From NCBI RefSeq assembly GCF_009914755.1, contig NC_060928.1: DNA of 64,000 nt. One strand, given 5' to 3'. The translations under genes were made by a program, and so were the position numbers. Below are positions 1 through 18,700 of this stretch, piece by piece. Under the pieces are notes generated by a model. That model was not told where the DNA came from and searched no databases. It was given only the letters and a program-made list of their open reading frames with translations. This DNA comes from the human T2T-CHM13v2.0 reference genome, Homo sapiens. The first letter of the stretch is position 1; the number at the start of each line of letters is the position of its first letter.

Positions 1-189
1 TTCATTGTCAGCTCTATAAGGATAGGGACATTTTCTGAATAACAAGGCCCACTTGGTTCACAAAAATAACACAGTAAGTATTTTTTGAATAAGTTAATGT
101 AATAATCTCACTTATAGATAGGAAAATCTAAAAGAAAATCAAAATGGAAACTATTTTATGATTGCAAAATATTAGGAGTCAACACTTAG

Positions 190-493
<304 letters not shown>

Positions 494-576
494 CTTTCAT
501 TTGTTTTATTTATGCTATTTCTAAAAGACAGTCTTTTTAGCACAAGTTTTTCAGTTCACATGCAATTTACACTCTA

Positions 577-867
577 TTTTTTTTTTTTTTTTTTTTGAGA
601 CGGAGTCTCACTCTGTCGCCCAGGCTGGAGTGCAGTGACTCAACCTCAGCTCACTGCAAGCTCCGCCTCCCAGGTTAACACCATTCCCCTGCCTCAGCCT
701 CCAGAGTAGCTGGGACTACAGGCGCCCACCACCACGCCTGGCTAATTTTTTGTATTTTTAGTAGAGATGGGGTTTCTGTGTTAGCCAGGATGGTCTCGAT
801 CTTCTAATCCACCCACCTCGGCCTCCCAAAGTGCTGGGATTACAGGTGTGAGCCACCGTGCCCGGCC
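577..867 (-). mobile_element. AluY
   Basis: Poly-T tail; AluY diagnostics GCAAGCTCCGCC and GTTAGCCAGGATGG; TSD TACACTCTATTTT (568-580 / 868-880); small internal deletion near 800. Confidence 0.93.
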
Positions 868-2302
868 TACACTCTATTTTTTATATACTTTCTGTGCAAG
901 GTAATAAAAATCTAGAGTTGGAGGGAGGGGAATAAGTATTCTTAGCTTCCCATCTTTCCCAGAATATTTTCATCAATGTTTATTTTTAATTAAAAATACC
1001 TCTCACCTTCTTTACTCATCTTATATTCCTGATAGAGCACTGATTGACTTTGTTCATTCTCAGAGAACAAAGATTTACTCTCATCAAGAAGACTTTAAAA
1101 GATACCTGTTCTTGATGTGGCATGGCAGATATTGAAAAGTTATTTTTCTGAACTCATTGTCCTTAATTTATCCTGTTCATCTGTTAGTTCCTACCTATGA
1201 AAAACCACAGAGGAAAAAAAAAGATTCATAAAAGGCTGAAGTTACATTATTTATCCCAAGGTGTTATATTCTGGAAACCATGGAGGTACCCTGTACTTGA
1301 GTAATTAAAACAAGCATTTTATGTGTATAGATGATACATTTCTCTTAATTCATAAACCACCTTCTAAATATCTCAATATGTACAGCTGTGTATTCCTGAA
1401 CATGATCTGTGGTGATAGCTTAATTCTGCTCCTAAGAATGAAAAAATAAGAAAGAGAAACATTTGTGGGAAAATAGAAAGAATACTTTACCTTAAAAAAA
1501 CGAACACTTCGAGTTCTGCTTTTCTCAGTTTCTCAAAACTATAATTGAATATTTTATTCTTCAAATAAAAGCACAGATGGCTTTAATGATTGTAAATAAA
1601 TAGTTCACTTGGTTGTCACTGATTTAAATTACTTAAAAAATCAAATTTTAAGCAAATAATTATAGGTCACATGTAATTTTTTTTGCTAAAATCTTAAGTA
1701 TGGAGTATTTGGCTACCAACTTTGTACAATGTAACATTTTATAAATAAGTAGTAATTAATTTATTTGCTCTCAGAGTAACTTTTTCTTTCAAGCACGTTA
1801 AAAAGAGGATACCCAATTAAAAATTATTTGAAGTTATAATATTACATTAAGACAACAGTTTAATTTGGAAAAGTTTATTTTCTCTACACTCACTGGGAAT
1901 TTTGTAACCAGTATCATCAGGTAAAAATGCTGTCAACCTCTTCTGTTTGAGATCATGTGTCATACTTAAAAAGTCTCTTCAATGTGTAACACATTTATAG
2001 TGTCATAGCAAGTGCTCAATACAACTTTTTAATTGGTCAGTTCATTCTTTATTTCATTCAACAACTATTTACCAAATGCCTGTTATGTATCAGGCATTAA
2101 TACAAAAGATAAGCTGTAAATTTACATTTATTTATATTAAAATTTGTATTTTAGATGTTAAAAATATTCTATAAACATCATTAGAGCAGCAGGTGTTGTT
2201 AAAATAATGCTCTAGTCAACTTAATTCTTATTGTTGTTAGAAATATTGGTTCACAATACCCCAACATATTAGATTAAAATAAGCAAGTCTCTTTCTTAAA
2301 AT

Positions 2303-2745
2303 TGTAGAAAAAATACTTTTTGCTGTCTGATATCCATTCTTCCCTTCTCCCTTAATGAAAGGACTCTTGTTTTGTAGCAGGACCTGTTGCTATGGAGTAA
2401 GGACTACATTTCCCAAGCTCCTTTGGAGGTGATTTGTGCAGCTTCCAGACATATCTTCAAAAAGAGGAAATGTTACATCTTTGCTGCCCTTTCCTCATCC
2501 TGCTGCTTTAAAAAGTGTATTTTAAATACTTTTAACAGTGGTGTTTAAAAGTGCTGATGAGTCATATTCCACCATGTAGATAAGAGCAATACCTTAGAGA
2601 TGACAAAGTTATGTGATATATAAAAAGCCTGCATCGCCTGTAAGAGCCCTGGACTACCATTTTCAGAATATAATGAACAAGCACTAAACCTCTGTTTTCT
2701 TTATGAACTGTGATTGAGTCTCTGCCAAACCTACATCCTAAGACA
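2303..2745 (+). mobile_element. MLT1 (MLT1I/J-like) ERVL-MaLR 5' LTR
   Basis: TG start; ATCCATTCTTCCCTTCT and GGACTACATTTCCCA motifs typical of old MLT1 LTRs; followed by internal-type sequence. Confidence 0.6.
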
Positions 2746-4147
2746 GAATTTGATGCCACAATTTGGGTGCATAAAGAGGTATAACCTAGATATGTGATGT
2801 ATTATATTTAGCATTTGGTAGGCGGGAGGAGGAGACACAGATATTGGAGTCAGAAAAGCTGATTGATCCTTAAGGATGCTGAGGCAAAGCACTGGTATAA
2901 TTGTCGGTTGTTATATCTTAGAAGGCACTCCACAAGCTGAGACCAAACATTAGGGAAAATCACAGGAAAGCAGCAGAATCTCAAAGTGTTGACTGCTTTT
3001 GCTCTTTTAGTGAAATCTTTTTAAAGAGATGAAGGTAGTCTAGAGTTAGCTAGTATGCAAGTGGAGGTGGAAAGGAATACAGTTCTGTTAAGAAAGGTTT
3101 TTTGCTGGGTTAGCAACATAATTTCACAGAGAGTACTATAATTTGAGGACTTTAAGGGTTGAAAAAGGCAACTTTTCCTGTACTTCAAACCAAAGGAATT
3201 ATAATTGGTGGCTTCAAAGCCACTGCCTTAGTAGGAGATAAGCTCAATGCCCTGCCAGATTTGGGAGCCAGACCAGAGGCAAAATAAAATTAAGGGTATT
3301 GCTTTCCCACCCAAACAAAATGGCTCAGATAGCCTGAATGTATCTTCCATCCAGAGAGGGGGTGAGCAAGCACACAGGGTAATAAGGAAAGGCAAGCATC
3401 TTTAGGTTTGAACACTACGTTCAAATTAGATCTTTGGCTATAGTTACTTAATATATGGAACTAATCCAAAACAAATTGCCTACAAGCTTACTAAGTTTTT
3501 GAGGGAATTGTATGGATAAAGAACAACAACATGGCCTGAAAAAGCCTGTAATTGTTCAACCCCTAAGGAAATCTCTGGGCTGCCAAACTTGGACCAGCAA
3601 GAAGCAGGCTACAAAAACATTGCAATCTCCCAAGAAGAATGATTTCAGTAATGTCTACTTGATTCATGGCAAGGGAGGACACAAGATAGAAAAGCACCTT
3701 GCAGAGGGTTGAGCAAAGGGCTTTGAATTAGAGACTTCCAGATGGGCCTTACCAAGGGACTTACTCCATGGTTGATCAGGGAATATTTGTAATTCCTACC
3801 TAGTGGGATGTGATTAATGTCACAGTCCAGGGACTACCATGTGTCTATCAATTCCCCTTTTTGCTCATGAGGGGCAGTTTAGATGGCCATATCCAATTTC
3901 TTTACAAGCCTTGAGTATTGTGTGTGCTGGGGAAATATAAACTTTTATTTTAGTTTATAGGTTGTCAAACCATGAGGCCCCATATCTATCTTTAATGTAA
4001 AGAGCTACACATCACCAGATGAGAGGGACTTTCAGCTGGGTGCAGTAATTGATGAGATTTGGAAGTTTCCTCTCTGTGGAGGTGACAAATATGCTCCATG
4101 TAAGTAAGAGAGACTGCATAGATACTTGGGTTGCAACGTGGACAGAC
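2746..4147 (+). mobile_element. MLT1-int (MaLR internal region)
   Basis: Starts GAATTTGATGCC, like the MaLR-int start (GAATTTGGTACC); about 1.4 kb; ends GGACAGAC just before the TG of a second LTR. Confidence 0.55.
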
Positions 4148-4925
<778 letters not shown>

Positions 4926-5135
4926 AACAGTCAGCTATTGCTTCTGTTTAATAACAATAATATTAAAATCAAAGTGGCATAAAAAATAAGCATTTATTTT
5001 TTACTCATGATTTGAAGGAATTGCTTTAACAGCTGTTTTGTATTCATGTAGTCTGGTAAGTTCTGCTGCATGTATCCCTCATTTTTCTGCTGGGACATAG
5101 GGCTAGCCAGGGTATCGATATTGCTTGTGGCTAAG
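4926..5135 (-). mobile_element. Old MLT1 LTR fragment
   Basis: AGTGGCATAAAAAATAAGCATTTATTTTTTACTCATGATT resembles a reversed MLT1 3' end. Confidence 0.4.
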
Positions 5136-5334
5136 AGTTAGATAATAACCAGATAAATGACTACAGTGAATTATCCTACATAAATATTATACAACTAAAT
5201 ATCATCTAGGTGAAAGGGAATTTGAGGCAATGTTTCTAAGGTGTTATTTGATATTGTATTGAGTGGAACTGAATTACTATATCATTGCTAGTGCTGATGT
5301 ATACATACAAAGTCCTAATTTTTGCCATTTATCT

Positions 5335-5820
5335 CTCTAGAACTGGAAAAAGTCTGAGATTTTACCTACTTGCCCACTACTAATAAGCTAGCCTGCCATA
5401 GTGTAATGAATGCGGCAGGAGACCAAGACTCCTGAGTTAGAGATGAAGGTCAATTTATTATTCACAGAAATAGCAGCAGCCAGAGTCTCAACAGCTTTTG
5501 CGCCTATTCTCTGAGCCCCAGTTTCCATAAGGGAACACGATGGAGGCGAGCTGATACCCTGTACACTTACTGAGTCACGTTGCAGAAGAGGGATCCTGAG
5601 AGATGGAAAGCCCAAAATTTTAATAAAGGGCAGTAAACATGCCTGTCCTTTGCTCCAGAGGGGAGACACTATCTCCATCTACCAGAGTTATAAGATACAT
5701 CTTCCAAGGCTGGTCACTATACAGACATCCTTGAAAAGATAGTCTGGAACAAAAGACAGTATCTCTGCTACTATCCTGTGTAGAAATGCAAGAGACCCAT
5801 GGAGAATTGCTTCCCAAACT
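5335..5820 (-). mobile_element. Solo LTR, LTR47-like (ERVL)
   Basis: Minus strand begins TTTGGGAAGCAATTCTCCATGGGTCTC, has CAGACTATCTTTTCAAGGATG and an AATAAA, and ends GTAGGTAAATCTCAGAC. Confidence 0.7.
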
Positions 5821-5994
5821 GGTCCTGCCAAAGCGATTAGTAATATTGTAATTTTTATTTTAATGGGCACTTTTGTCTACTTGTCTAACTAGGCTTCTCT
5901 ACAGCTTATAGCACTATTGTTGTTGTCCTTTTTTTGGCTTCATTTACACCATTTTCTTTAGGTTTCTTTCTTATTTCTTTGACCTTTTATTCTT

Positions 5995-6420
5995 TTCTTA
6001 CTCATAAAATATATTTTGAGCATTTAGTATGTCTTAGGCAGTCTTGTAAGCATTGAGAAGTGAACAAAACAGAAAAAGCATCTTTGCTTTTATGAAGCTT
6101 GCTGCGTCATTGGGGAAGTTAGATGATAAACAAGATAAATAAGTACAATAATATGGAATATGTTAGATGGTGGCAAGTGCTAAAGTAGAAAAATTAATGC
6201 AAGGAAACAGAATAGAGGGGTGAGATTAGTGTGGGTTGCAATTTGAGACCACAGACCTCACTAAGATAACATTTGAATAAAAACGTGAAGGAAGTGAGTA
6301 AGTCATGAGGCTGTTTGGTGCAGGTTTGATGAAAGAAGTCTAGGAAAAGCCTTCAGTAAATGCAAAGGCCTTGAGTTTCCAGGGGGCCTAATGTGTCTGA
6401 GGAATGGCAGGGAGGCTACT
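5995..6420 (-). mobile_element. L2 LINE 3' fragment
   Basis: TTGAGCATTTAGTATGT...GTGAACAAAACAGA...ATGAAGCTT...GCAAAGGCCTTGAG, the typical reversed L2 3' end. Confidence 0.75.
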
Positions 6421-6429
6421 CTTGCTTAT

Positions 6430-7290
6430 CTGTTTCATGTCCAGCTTCCAAATGTCATCCCAACTCTTACAATATAAATTTATTTTTCTTCTACCAACAT
6501 GTATGTGCTTACATATTTCATCTATTTGTGAGGATTAAGGTTGTCTGATTTTTCTGAGACAATTTGAGTAACTTTTTCTTTCTCCACTAATTTGAACGTT
6601 ACCTTTGCCATAAAATAAATTCTCATCTGAACTTGGTTTCATTTTGACTCTCTCCTGTTCTATTCATCTGTCTGTTTTTAAAATCCATTTAACAAGCTGA
6701 TTTAATTATTACAACTTTTATTCTTAGAAATGTCCAGGCTTTTCTCCTTTTTTCTCAATTGTAATTTACAATCCTTATGTACAATTTGAAGCTCTTCTAG
6801 GTATTTTAACTTGTATTGTACTAGTAAGAGAGAGAAATAGAATTGGTAAATGTATTAAGTCATTCCATACAAGAAAGTGATTTGTCTACTCATTTCCTTA
6901 AATATTTTATGCTCCTCAGTCGATATTTACAGCACAATAGTATGTCTTTTTGATTATTGGATTTATATGTAGGTCTTTTTTGCAATGGTTATTTCAAATA
7001 GAATCATTTTTTAAAAATAATTCAACAGTGTTCTAAAAAGCTATCTATTTTTGTATATAAATTTTGTGATTTGCTAGTATATAGTATAGTTTTCCAGTCC
7101 AATTTTTCATGTTGTCTAGCGAAGACACTATACTGTTTGCAATTATTTTAAATTTGTCTTCTCCCTTCCTATATTTATCACTTATTTCTATTATCTAATT
7201 TTGTTTTGATTACTAAATTGAGAACAATATTAAGTTATAGTCATGATTGAGGGAATCTTTAGTTTGTTGCTTACTCTAAAAAAGCAATTA
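6430..7290 (-). mobile_element. Old L1M ORF2 fragment (continues at about 13730-14010)
   Basis: Degenerate T-rich reversed L1 ORF2 sequence on both sides of the L1PA insertion, e.g. GGCATCTATTGAGATCGTATGATTTT at about 13873. Confidence 0.6.
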
Positions 7291-7301
7291 GGGTTTCAGG
7301 G

Positions 7302-7311
7302 CAAGATGGCC
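7302..7311 (+). promoter_or_regulatory. YY1 site of the L1 internal promoter
   Basis: CAAGATGGCC at the canonical position at the L1 5' end. Confidence 0.7.
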
Positions 7312-7655
7312 AAATAGGAACAGCTCCAGTCTGCAGCTCCCAGGGAGACCAACGCAGAAGGCAGGTGATTTCTGCATTTCCAACTGAGGTACCAAGCTCA
7401 TCTCATTGGGACTGGTTAGACAGTGGGTGCAGCCCACAGAGGGCTTGCAGAAGCAGGGTAGGGCGTCACCTCACCCGGGAAGCTCAAGGGCTCGGGGAAC
7501 TCCCTCCCCTTGTCAAGGGAAGCTGAGGGACTATGACATGAGGGATGGTGCTATACGGCCCAGATACTATGCTTTTCCCCAGTTTTCCCAGCCTGCAGAG
7601 CAGGAGATTCCCTCGGGTGCCTACAATACCAGGGCCCTGGGTTTCAAGCACAAAA

Positions 7656-7928
7656 CTAGGTGGCTGTTTGGGCAGACACCAAGCTAGCTGCAGGAGTTTT
7701 TTCGTACCCCAGTGGTGCCTGGAATGCCAGTGAGACAGAACCATTCATTCCCCTGGAAAGGGGGCTGAAGCCAGGGAGCCAAGTGGTCTTGTTCAGCAGG
7801 TCCCACTTCCACAGAGCCCAGCTGCCCAGCAAGCTAAGATCCACTGGCGGGAAATTCTTGCTGCCATCACAGCAGTCTGAAGTCGACCTGCGACACTCGA
7901 GCTTGGTGGGGGGAAGGGCATCAACCAT
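7656..7928 (-). other. L1 antisense ORF0-like open frame (90 aa); expression unknown
   Basis: MVDALPPTKLECRRSTSDCC aligns with the recalled L1 ORF0 N-terminus MAGAPPPASLPPCSLISDCC; ATG context gtaATGg. Confidence 0.55.
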
Positions 7929-8638
7929 TACTGAGGCTTGAGTAAGTGGTTTTCTTCTCACAGTGTAAACAAAGCTGCCAGGAAGTTCGAACTGGGCGGA
8001 ACCCCCAACAGCTCTGCAAAGCCGCTGTAGTTAAGCTGTCTCTGTAGATTCCTCCTCTCTGGGCAGGGCATCTCTGAAAGAAAGGCAGCAGCCCCCATCA
8101 GGGGCTTATAGATAAAACTCCCATCTCCCTGGGACAGAGCACCTGGGAGAAGGGGAGGCTGTGGGCACAGCTTCAGCAGACTTAAACGTTCCTGCCTGCC
8201 AGCTCTGAAAAGAGCAGCGGATCTCTCAGCACAATGCTTGAGCTCTGCTAAGGGACAGACTGCCTCCTCAGGTGGGTCCCTGACCCCCATGCCTCCTGAC
8301 AGGGAGACACCTCCCAGCAGGGCTCGACAGACACCTCATACAGGAGAGCTCCGGCTGGCATCTGGCGGGTGCCCTCTGGGACGATGCTTCCAGAGGAAGG
8401 AGCAAGCAGCAATCTTTGCTGCTCTGTAGCCTCCTCTGGTGTTACTCAGGCAAACAGGGTCTGGGGTGGACCTTCAGCAAACTCCAGCACACCTGCAGCA
8501 GAGGGGCCTGACTGATAGAAGGAAAGCTAACAAACAGAAATCAATAACATCAACATCAACAAAAAGGATGCCCACGCAAAAACCCCATCTGAAGGTCATC
8601 AGCATCAAAGATCAACAGAAGATTTAAAAAAAACAAAG

Positions 8639-9659
8639 ATGAGGAAAAAACAGTGCAAAAATGCTGAAAATTCCAAAAACCAGAATGCCTCTTCTCCTCT
8701 AAAGAATCACAACTCCTTGCCAGCAAGGGAACAAAACTGGACAAAGAATGAATTTGATGAATAGACAGAAGTAGTCTTCAGAAGGTGGGTAATAACAAAC
8801 TCCTCCAAGCTAAAGGAGCATATTCTAACCCAGTGCAAGGAAGCTAAGAACCTTGATAAAGGGTTACAGGAATGGCTAACTAGAATAACCAATTTAGAGA
8901 AGAACATAAATAACCTGATGGAGCTGAAAAACACAGCATGAGAACTTCATGAAGCATCCTCAAGTATCAATAGCCGAATCAATCAAGTGGAAGTAAAGAT
9001 ATCAGAGATGGAAGATCAAATGAAAATAAAGTGTGAAGACAAGATGAGAGAAAAAAGAATGAAAAGGGATGAACAAAGCCTCCATGAAATATGGGACTGT
9101 GTGAAAAGACCAAACCAATGTTTGATTGATATACCTGAAAGTGACAGGGAGAATGGAACCCAGTTGGAAAACACTTCAGGATATTATCCAGGATAACTTC
9201 CCCAACCTAGCAAGACAGGGCAACATTCAAATTTAGGAAATACAGAGAACACCACTAAGATACTCCTTGAGAAGACCAACCCCAAGACACACAATTGTTA
9301 GATTCTCCAAGGTTGAAATGAAGGAAAAAATGTTAAGGGCAGCCAGAGAGGAAGGTCAGGTTACCCACAACAAGAAGTCCATTGGAGTAACAGCGGATCT
9401 CTCTGCAGAAACCCTGCAAGCCAGAAGAGAGTGGGGGCCAACATTCAACATTCTTAAAGAAAAGAGTTTTCAACCCAGAATTGCATATCCAGCCAAACTA
9501 AGCTTCATAATTGAAGGGGAAATAAAATCCTTTACAGACAAACAAATGCTGAGAGATTTTGTCATCACCAGGCCTGCCTTACAAGAGCTCCTGAAGGCTG
9601 CACTAAATATGGAAAGGAAAAACCATTACCAGCCACTGCAACAACATACCAAAATGTAA
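8639..9659 (+). pseudogene. L1 ORF1p (RNA-binding protein) relic
   Basis: ATG at 8639; fragment TPRHTIVRF...ADLSAETLQARREW...YPAKLSF matches ORF1p; internal stops and frameshifts. Confidence 0.92.
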
Positions 9660-9722
9660 AGACCATCAACACTATAAAGAAACTGCATCAACTAATGTGC
9701 AAAATCACCAGCTAGCATCATA

Positions 9723-13514
<3,792 letters not shown>

Positions 13515-14066
13515 ACAGTGAGAACACATGGACACAGGGAGGGGAATGTCATACACCGAGGCCTGTCAGGGGTTGGGGGAAAGGGGAGGGATAGTGTTAA
13601 GAAAAATACCTAATGTAGATGACGGGTTGATGCGTGGAGCAAACCACCATGGCACATGTATACCTATGTAAGAAACTTGCACATTCTGCACATGTATCCC
13701 AGAACTTAAAGTATATTAAAAAAAAAACATTTAAAGTATCATCATTAAGCATAGTTTGCTTATTTGTTTTGAGTCATATATTTTTATCAGATTAAGCAAA
13801 TATGTACTTCTGTGCTACTAAAAGTTTAAAAATTCAAGAATAGAAGATGAATTTTGTTATACATAATTTGTTGGCATCTATTGAGATCGTATGATTTTCT
13901 TTGACATAGTTAATATGGTTTATTACAGTAATAAATAACTGAGTTGGCATTGTATGCTAAAGATGTGTGTATGTGGTGTTGAATTGGCCTCTTTAAAAAC
14001 TTTCAGGTCTTTTATTCTTTCACTCCGCCTGAAAGTTTGAAATGGTGTCTCTCCCTTTGATATTTA

Positions 14067-14530
14067 TGCTGCGTGCTGGAGTGGCCAGGAGGAAGATTTT
14101 GAGATGGAGATTAGCATGCTTGACATGTATTAGGGAATGCTTCATTTGAGAGCAATGAGGAAGAAGAGAGAGGAAGGATTCAGGACTGGGAAGAGGAAAA
14201 GGCATAGGTGTTGTGTCAATCAGTGAAGGCCTCAGCCAACCACCTGTGGAACTCTGCAGTTGTCCATATTTGTGTGTGTAGAGGATGTATAGGGGAGGGT
14301 CAGGGGAAAGTGGCAGCACTTTTTATTCCTGCATCAAGCAGTCATTGGATATAGCCATTCAATGCAGGAAGGGGGCAAGGACTTGTACAAGACAATGCTC
14401 TTCAACCAGAGGAAATTCCCAAGAGGCTGACAGTTGAGGACTATCTGCCAACAGCAATCTCAGAAATGTTGAAATAAGTCTTCCATTTCTGTAAGCAAGA
14501 TCTGTTTGGCACATGACAGCATCCACCACA
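14067..14530 (-). mobile_element. LTR33-like ERVL LTR
   Basis: GGAAGGATTCAGGACTGGGAAGAGG, AAGGCCTCAGCCAACC and terminal CAGCATCCACCACA match reversed LTR33. Confidence 0.65.
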
Positions 14531-15096
14531 TCTAATTGACAGCTTCCATAATTCTATCCTCTACTTAAGTAATCTTATCCTTTTCACTGTCATTTATTAT
14601 ACTATTTGGGCCTTTGAGCCATTTTTTTTCCAGCTTAGATCCTTCTTTTGAGTTCTAGATCCAGAAATACAGCTGTCTTCTATCCATTACTTTCTGCATT
14701 AGGGACCTCAAACATCACATTGTAAGACTGAACTGATTTTCTCCTTCCCAAATTTCTGCCACCAACTCTATTACATTTCTCACCTGGTAGCATTACAGTC
14801 TATTTAGTCACTCAAGATAGAAATTTGAAAGAAAACTTCTATCAATGACTCTTAACCCAGAAATTTAATAATAGTTTCTCAGGAGATCAGTCAACTCATC
14901 AAAATGTGGATTTTATGTGTGCATTTTTATGGATCGTGGCTTTTCAGATTTGCAAAGGGTTTTGCAATTCAGTAAAAGATTAAGTAAGCATCATGGTTCA
15001 GGAATTTTTTTTTACATAATCTCAATCAACAAAACTATTCACCAAGGTCTGTTGATTCTACTTGTAATATTTTTTACCTACTGCTTTTATAAGTAG

Positions 15097-15479
<383 letters not shown>

Positions 15480-15488
15480 TATTTGTTT

Positions 15489-15797
15489 GTTTTTTAAGAC
15501 AGAGTCTTGCTCTGTCACCCAGGATGGAGTGCAGTGGCGTGATCTCAGCTCACTGCAACCTCCGCCTCCTGGATTCAAGCGGTTCTCCTGCCTCAGCTTG
15601 TAGCGGTTCCCCTGCCTCAGTCCCATGTAGCTGGGACTACAGGTATGCGCCACCATGCCCTGCTAATTTTTATGTTTAGTAGAGATGGGGTTTCACCATT
15701 TTGGCCAGGCTGGTCTGAAACTCCTGACCTCAGGTGATCTGCCTGCCTCGGCCTCCCAAAGTGCTAAGATTACGGGTGTGAGCCACCATGCCCGGCC
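15489..15797 (-). mobile_element. AluSx-type body (rest of its tail at 15136-15167)
   Basis: GACCTCAGGTGATC; degenerate TSD AACAATGGTAGT (15121) / AACAATTGCAGT (15798) encloses both Alus. Confidence 0.9.
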
Positions 15798-18700
15798 AAC
15801 AATTGCAGTTTTACTAACAGTCTTCTTGCTTTAAATTTTGACATAATCCTCCCACCCCATCCCCATCCCCGCTTTTCTAGTCAGTTTTCTATACTCTGGC
15901 CAGTTTAATCTTTTAATAGTGCAAATTGTACCAAGACATTTCTCTAATGCAATTATACCACTGGCTTTTTGAGATAAATTCAAGCTCCTTAGCATGGCAC
16001 ACAAGGCTTTATATGATCTAGCATTTGTGGATCTGTGCAGCCTCACTCATTGGCACTCCCACCACCATGTTTTAGGCACCAGCAGTCAGCAATCTGTAGA
16101 ACAGATCTGTATGTTGTACACTGTCAATGCATTCTCTCTGCTCAGATTACCCCACTTCGTGGCAATATTGCAGACTTTATTTCTCCCCAGTCAAATAAAG
16201 TGAGTTTTCTTCTGGGCAACCTCTTTATTCACCTTTAGTGCACTCCATGGTACATGTCAGCAGCTGGGTTGTGTCTGGTGTTGAAAATGTCAGAAAATCT
16301 TAGGAGCTATATGGGTGACTGCTGATTCAGTATTACTTAGCATTTAAGAATGCCTAGTTCCTGCTAGTATTCATCTGATCACAAACTATAATCATCATCC
16401 TATTTATACAATAGTAAGTTTGAGAAGTTTTCTGAAGGTGTTAAAATTAATTATATGGTTATTTGAGTCTATCTTTGGGATGCTATTTAATATAATACTA
16501 TTTAGTGGTAAATATCCATTTGTATTTTCTTATTATATAAATATGATATTGAAAATGCCACCAGCTCTATTATGCCACTAACTCTATTAAACCTTAAATT
16601 TTCTTTTAACATAAATGCTTAGAAAAGTTCTTTTTTCTTCTCTTACTAAGAGATCTAGATCCTCTCTGAAAATTGGTACAATCACCAGTACTTAAGGCTG
16701 AGAGCACAGAGTTTTCTGCTGTGTTTAGGTGTTAGTGACATTGAACATAATAAAAAAAAACCACATCTCTGAACTCAATTTCAACAGGTATAATACTTTA
16801 TTTTCAGCTTCAAGTAATTCTTAGGATTCAAATTGCAGGGTTTTAGAAAAAGAATATCCTAATGAAATTATGACATATGCAATATAGAAACTTACCAAAC
16901 ATTTTTCTAAATGAAAGTGCTTGGTGCTGCAGATGATGAGGTAGTTATAGATCTTGGGACAGAAATATATCCCAAGTGGCCATCTAATCTCCTACCTCCT
17001 CATGGGCAGAACCTAATTAAAAGCATCAGGCAAAGTAGTTAATGTACTTCTTGGAGATTAAGGTCAAGACAGGAGTTCTACATCTTCTTCTGCCACACTT
17101 TACAAATTATACCAAATACTTTTGCGGATGGTCTTGTATCCCAACAAGTCAAATGCATGTACTACATGCATTTCTGTATTTCGTTTTGATTTTTAGGCAA
17201 AGTTTCAATAATGGCATGGAGAGTTTTTGTTCACTTTTCTGCTTCAGTGTGACTATTATTTGAATCACCATGTTTTGTGGATAGAGATGAAATATTATAT
17301 ATGTAAGTACAACTAAAAATCTTAAGTTTTTCTTAGAAATTATTTTGCTCTGAATTTTCACATTGTTATTTCATTTTAAATTTTATTATTAATCACTTAT
17401 TAGTTATTTATAAATAACAGAACTATTTTCTTTATTATCTCAACCTTCATTCTATCTTTTCTTATTTCTTTATTAACTATTGTTATTAACAATTAGTCAA
17501 GTCTGATTCTTGATGGAATTTCATTTTTTTTTACTTCAAGGTTTAGAGGGTTTATTTCTAAAACACATAATAGCTGGACAACACTTAACCATTTTGTCAA
17601 AGGGAATTATATGCTTAATACATTCAAGAATTTCATTCTTAAAAAACGTTTTAAATTATGATCATGTTATATTTATATTTTCTCAGTTTTCTAGAATTAT
17701 AATGAATAATTTATTAATATTTTCCATTTTACTATCCATATAATTAATTTCTGAATTTTTTATGACTGTTTTGTATCATTTCTAAGAATGCCAAAACCTA
17801 GAAAGAACACTTTAAGAAATTAATTTTCTGAAGCCAGAAAGGTCCATAATCTCCTTAAGTACTTTATGTTTAATTTTATTTAATATTTATAAATATTATT
17901 TTCTCACCAAAATGTACAACTTCTTTCTCAAAGCTAGAAAGTTATCTAATTCACAAGATGAAATTCATCGTCACTAATTGAACTACCTAATGGGAAATAG
18001 CTCAAATTACTTATTTTGTGCTCCAGTAATTTCTCTCTTCCTCTGCCTAAGTGTCCTATCTTCTTGGAAAAGCTATGCAGTAAGGCAGTGGAGCAAAGTA
18101 ATCTATATTGGCACAATGTTTTTCCAAGCATTATTTTGAGATTGCTTATAACAGTGTTAAATTGACTGAAAAAACTCAGTGGAGGATTAATGACTAAAGC
18201 CAGGGGTAAACAAAACAAAACAAGATACCTCATATAACTGCGAACTGTTAATTTTACCAGCCTATGTATGTCTTTGATACCAAAGAAGGAAAGAGAATTG
18301 AAAAGTTCTCCCTTTCAAAAAGTACTATTAATAAATGCATTGATATATGTGCCAAATATAATCGAGGCACCATGAGTTCAGAAGATTAATACATCAAGAA
18401 GTTTTCATTGCAGATAGATGACTCCACAGAAGTAATAACTATGCTCACTTAATATCACATTGCTTAGAATCCCTGAAGAGAAATGCTTGGAAGAATATTA
18501 TTTGTTCCAAAGAAGCTCTAAATCAAAGTACTAGGAATAAAATATTTAAAGTGGTAAAGGAATACCTGAAACAAATGAAATACTAGGGAAATATTAAAAA
18601 TACTAAATATCTTTGTGCACTGATGGTTAGGTTAGTTTAGGTTGCAGGAAAGCATACAAGATTTACATGAAGAATTCTTTTTAAACTCTGGAATTCAGAA

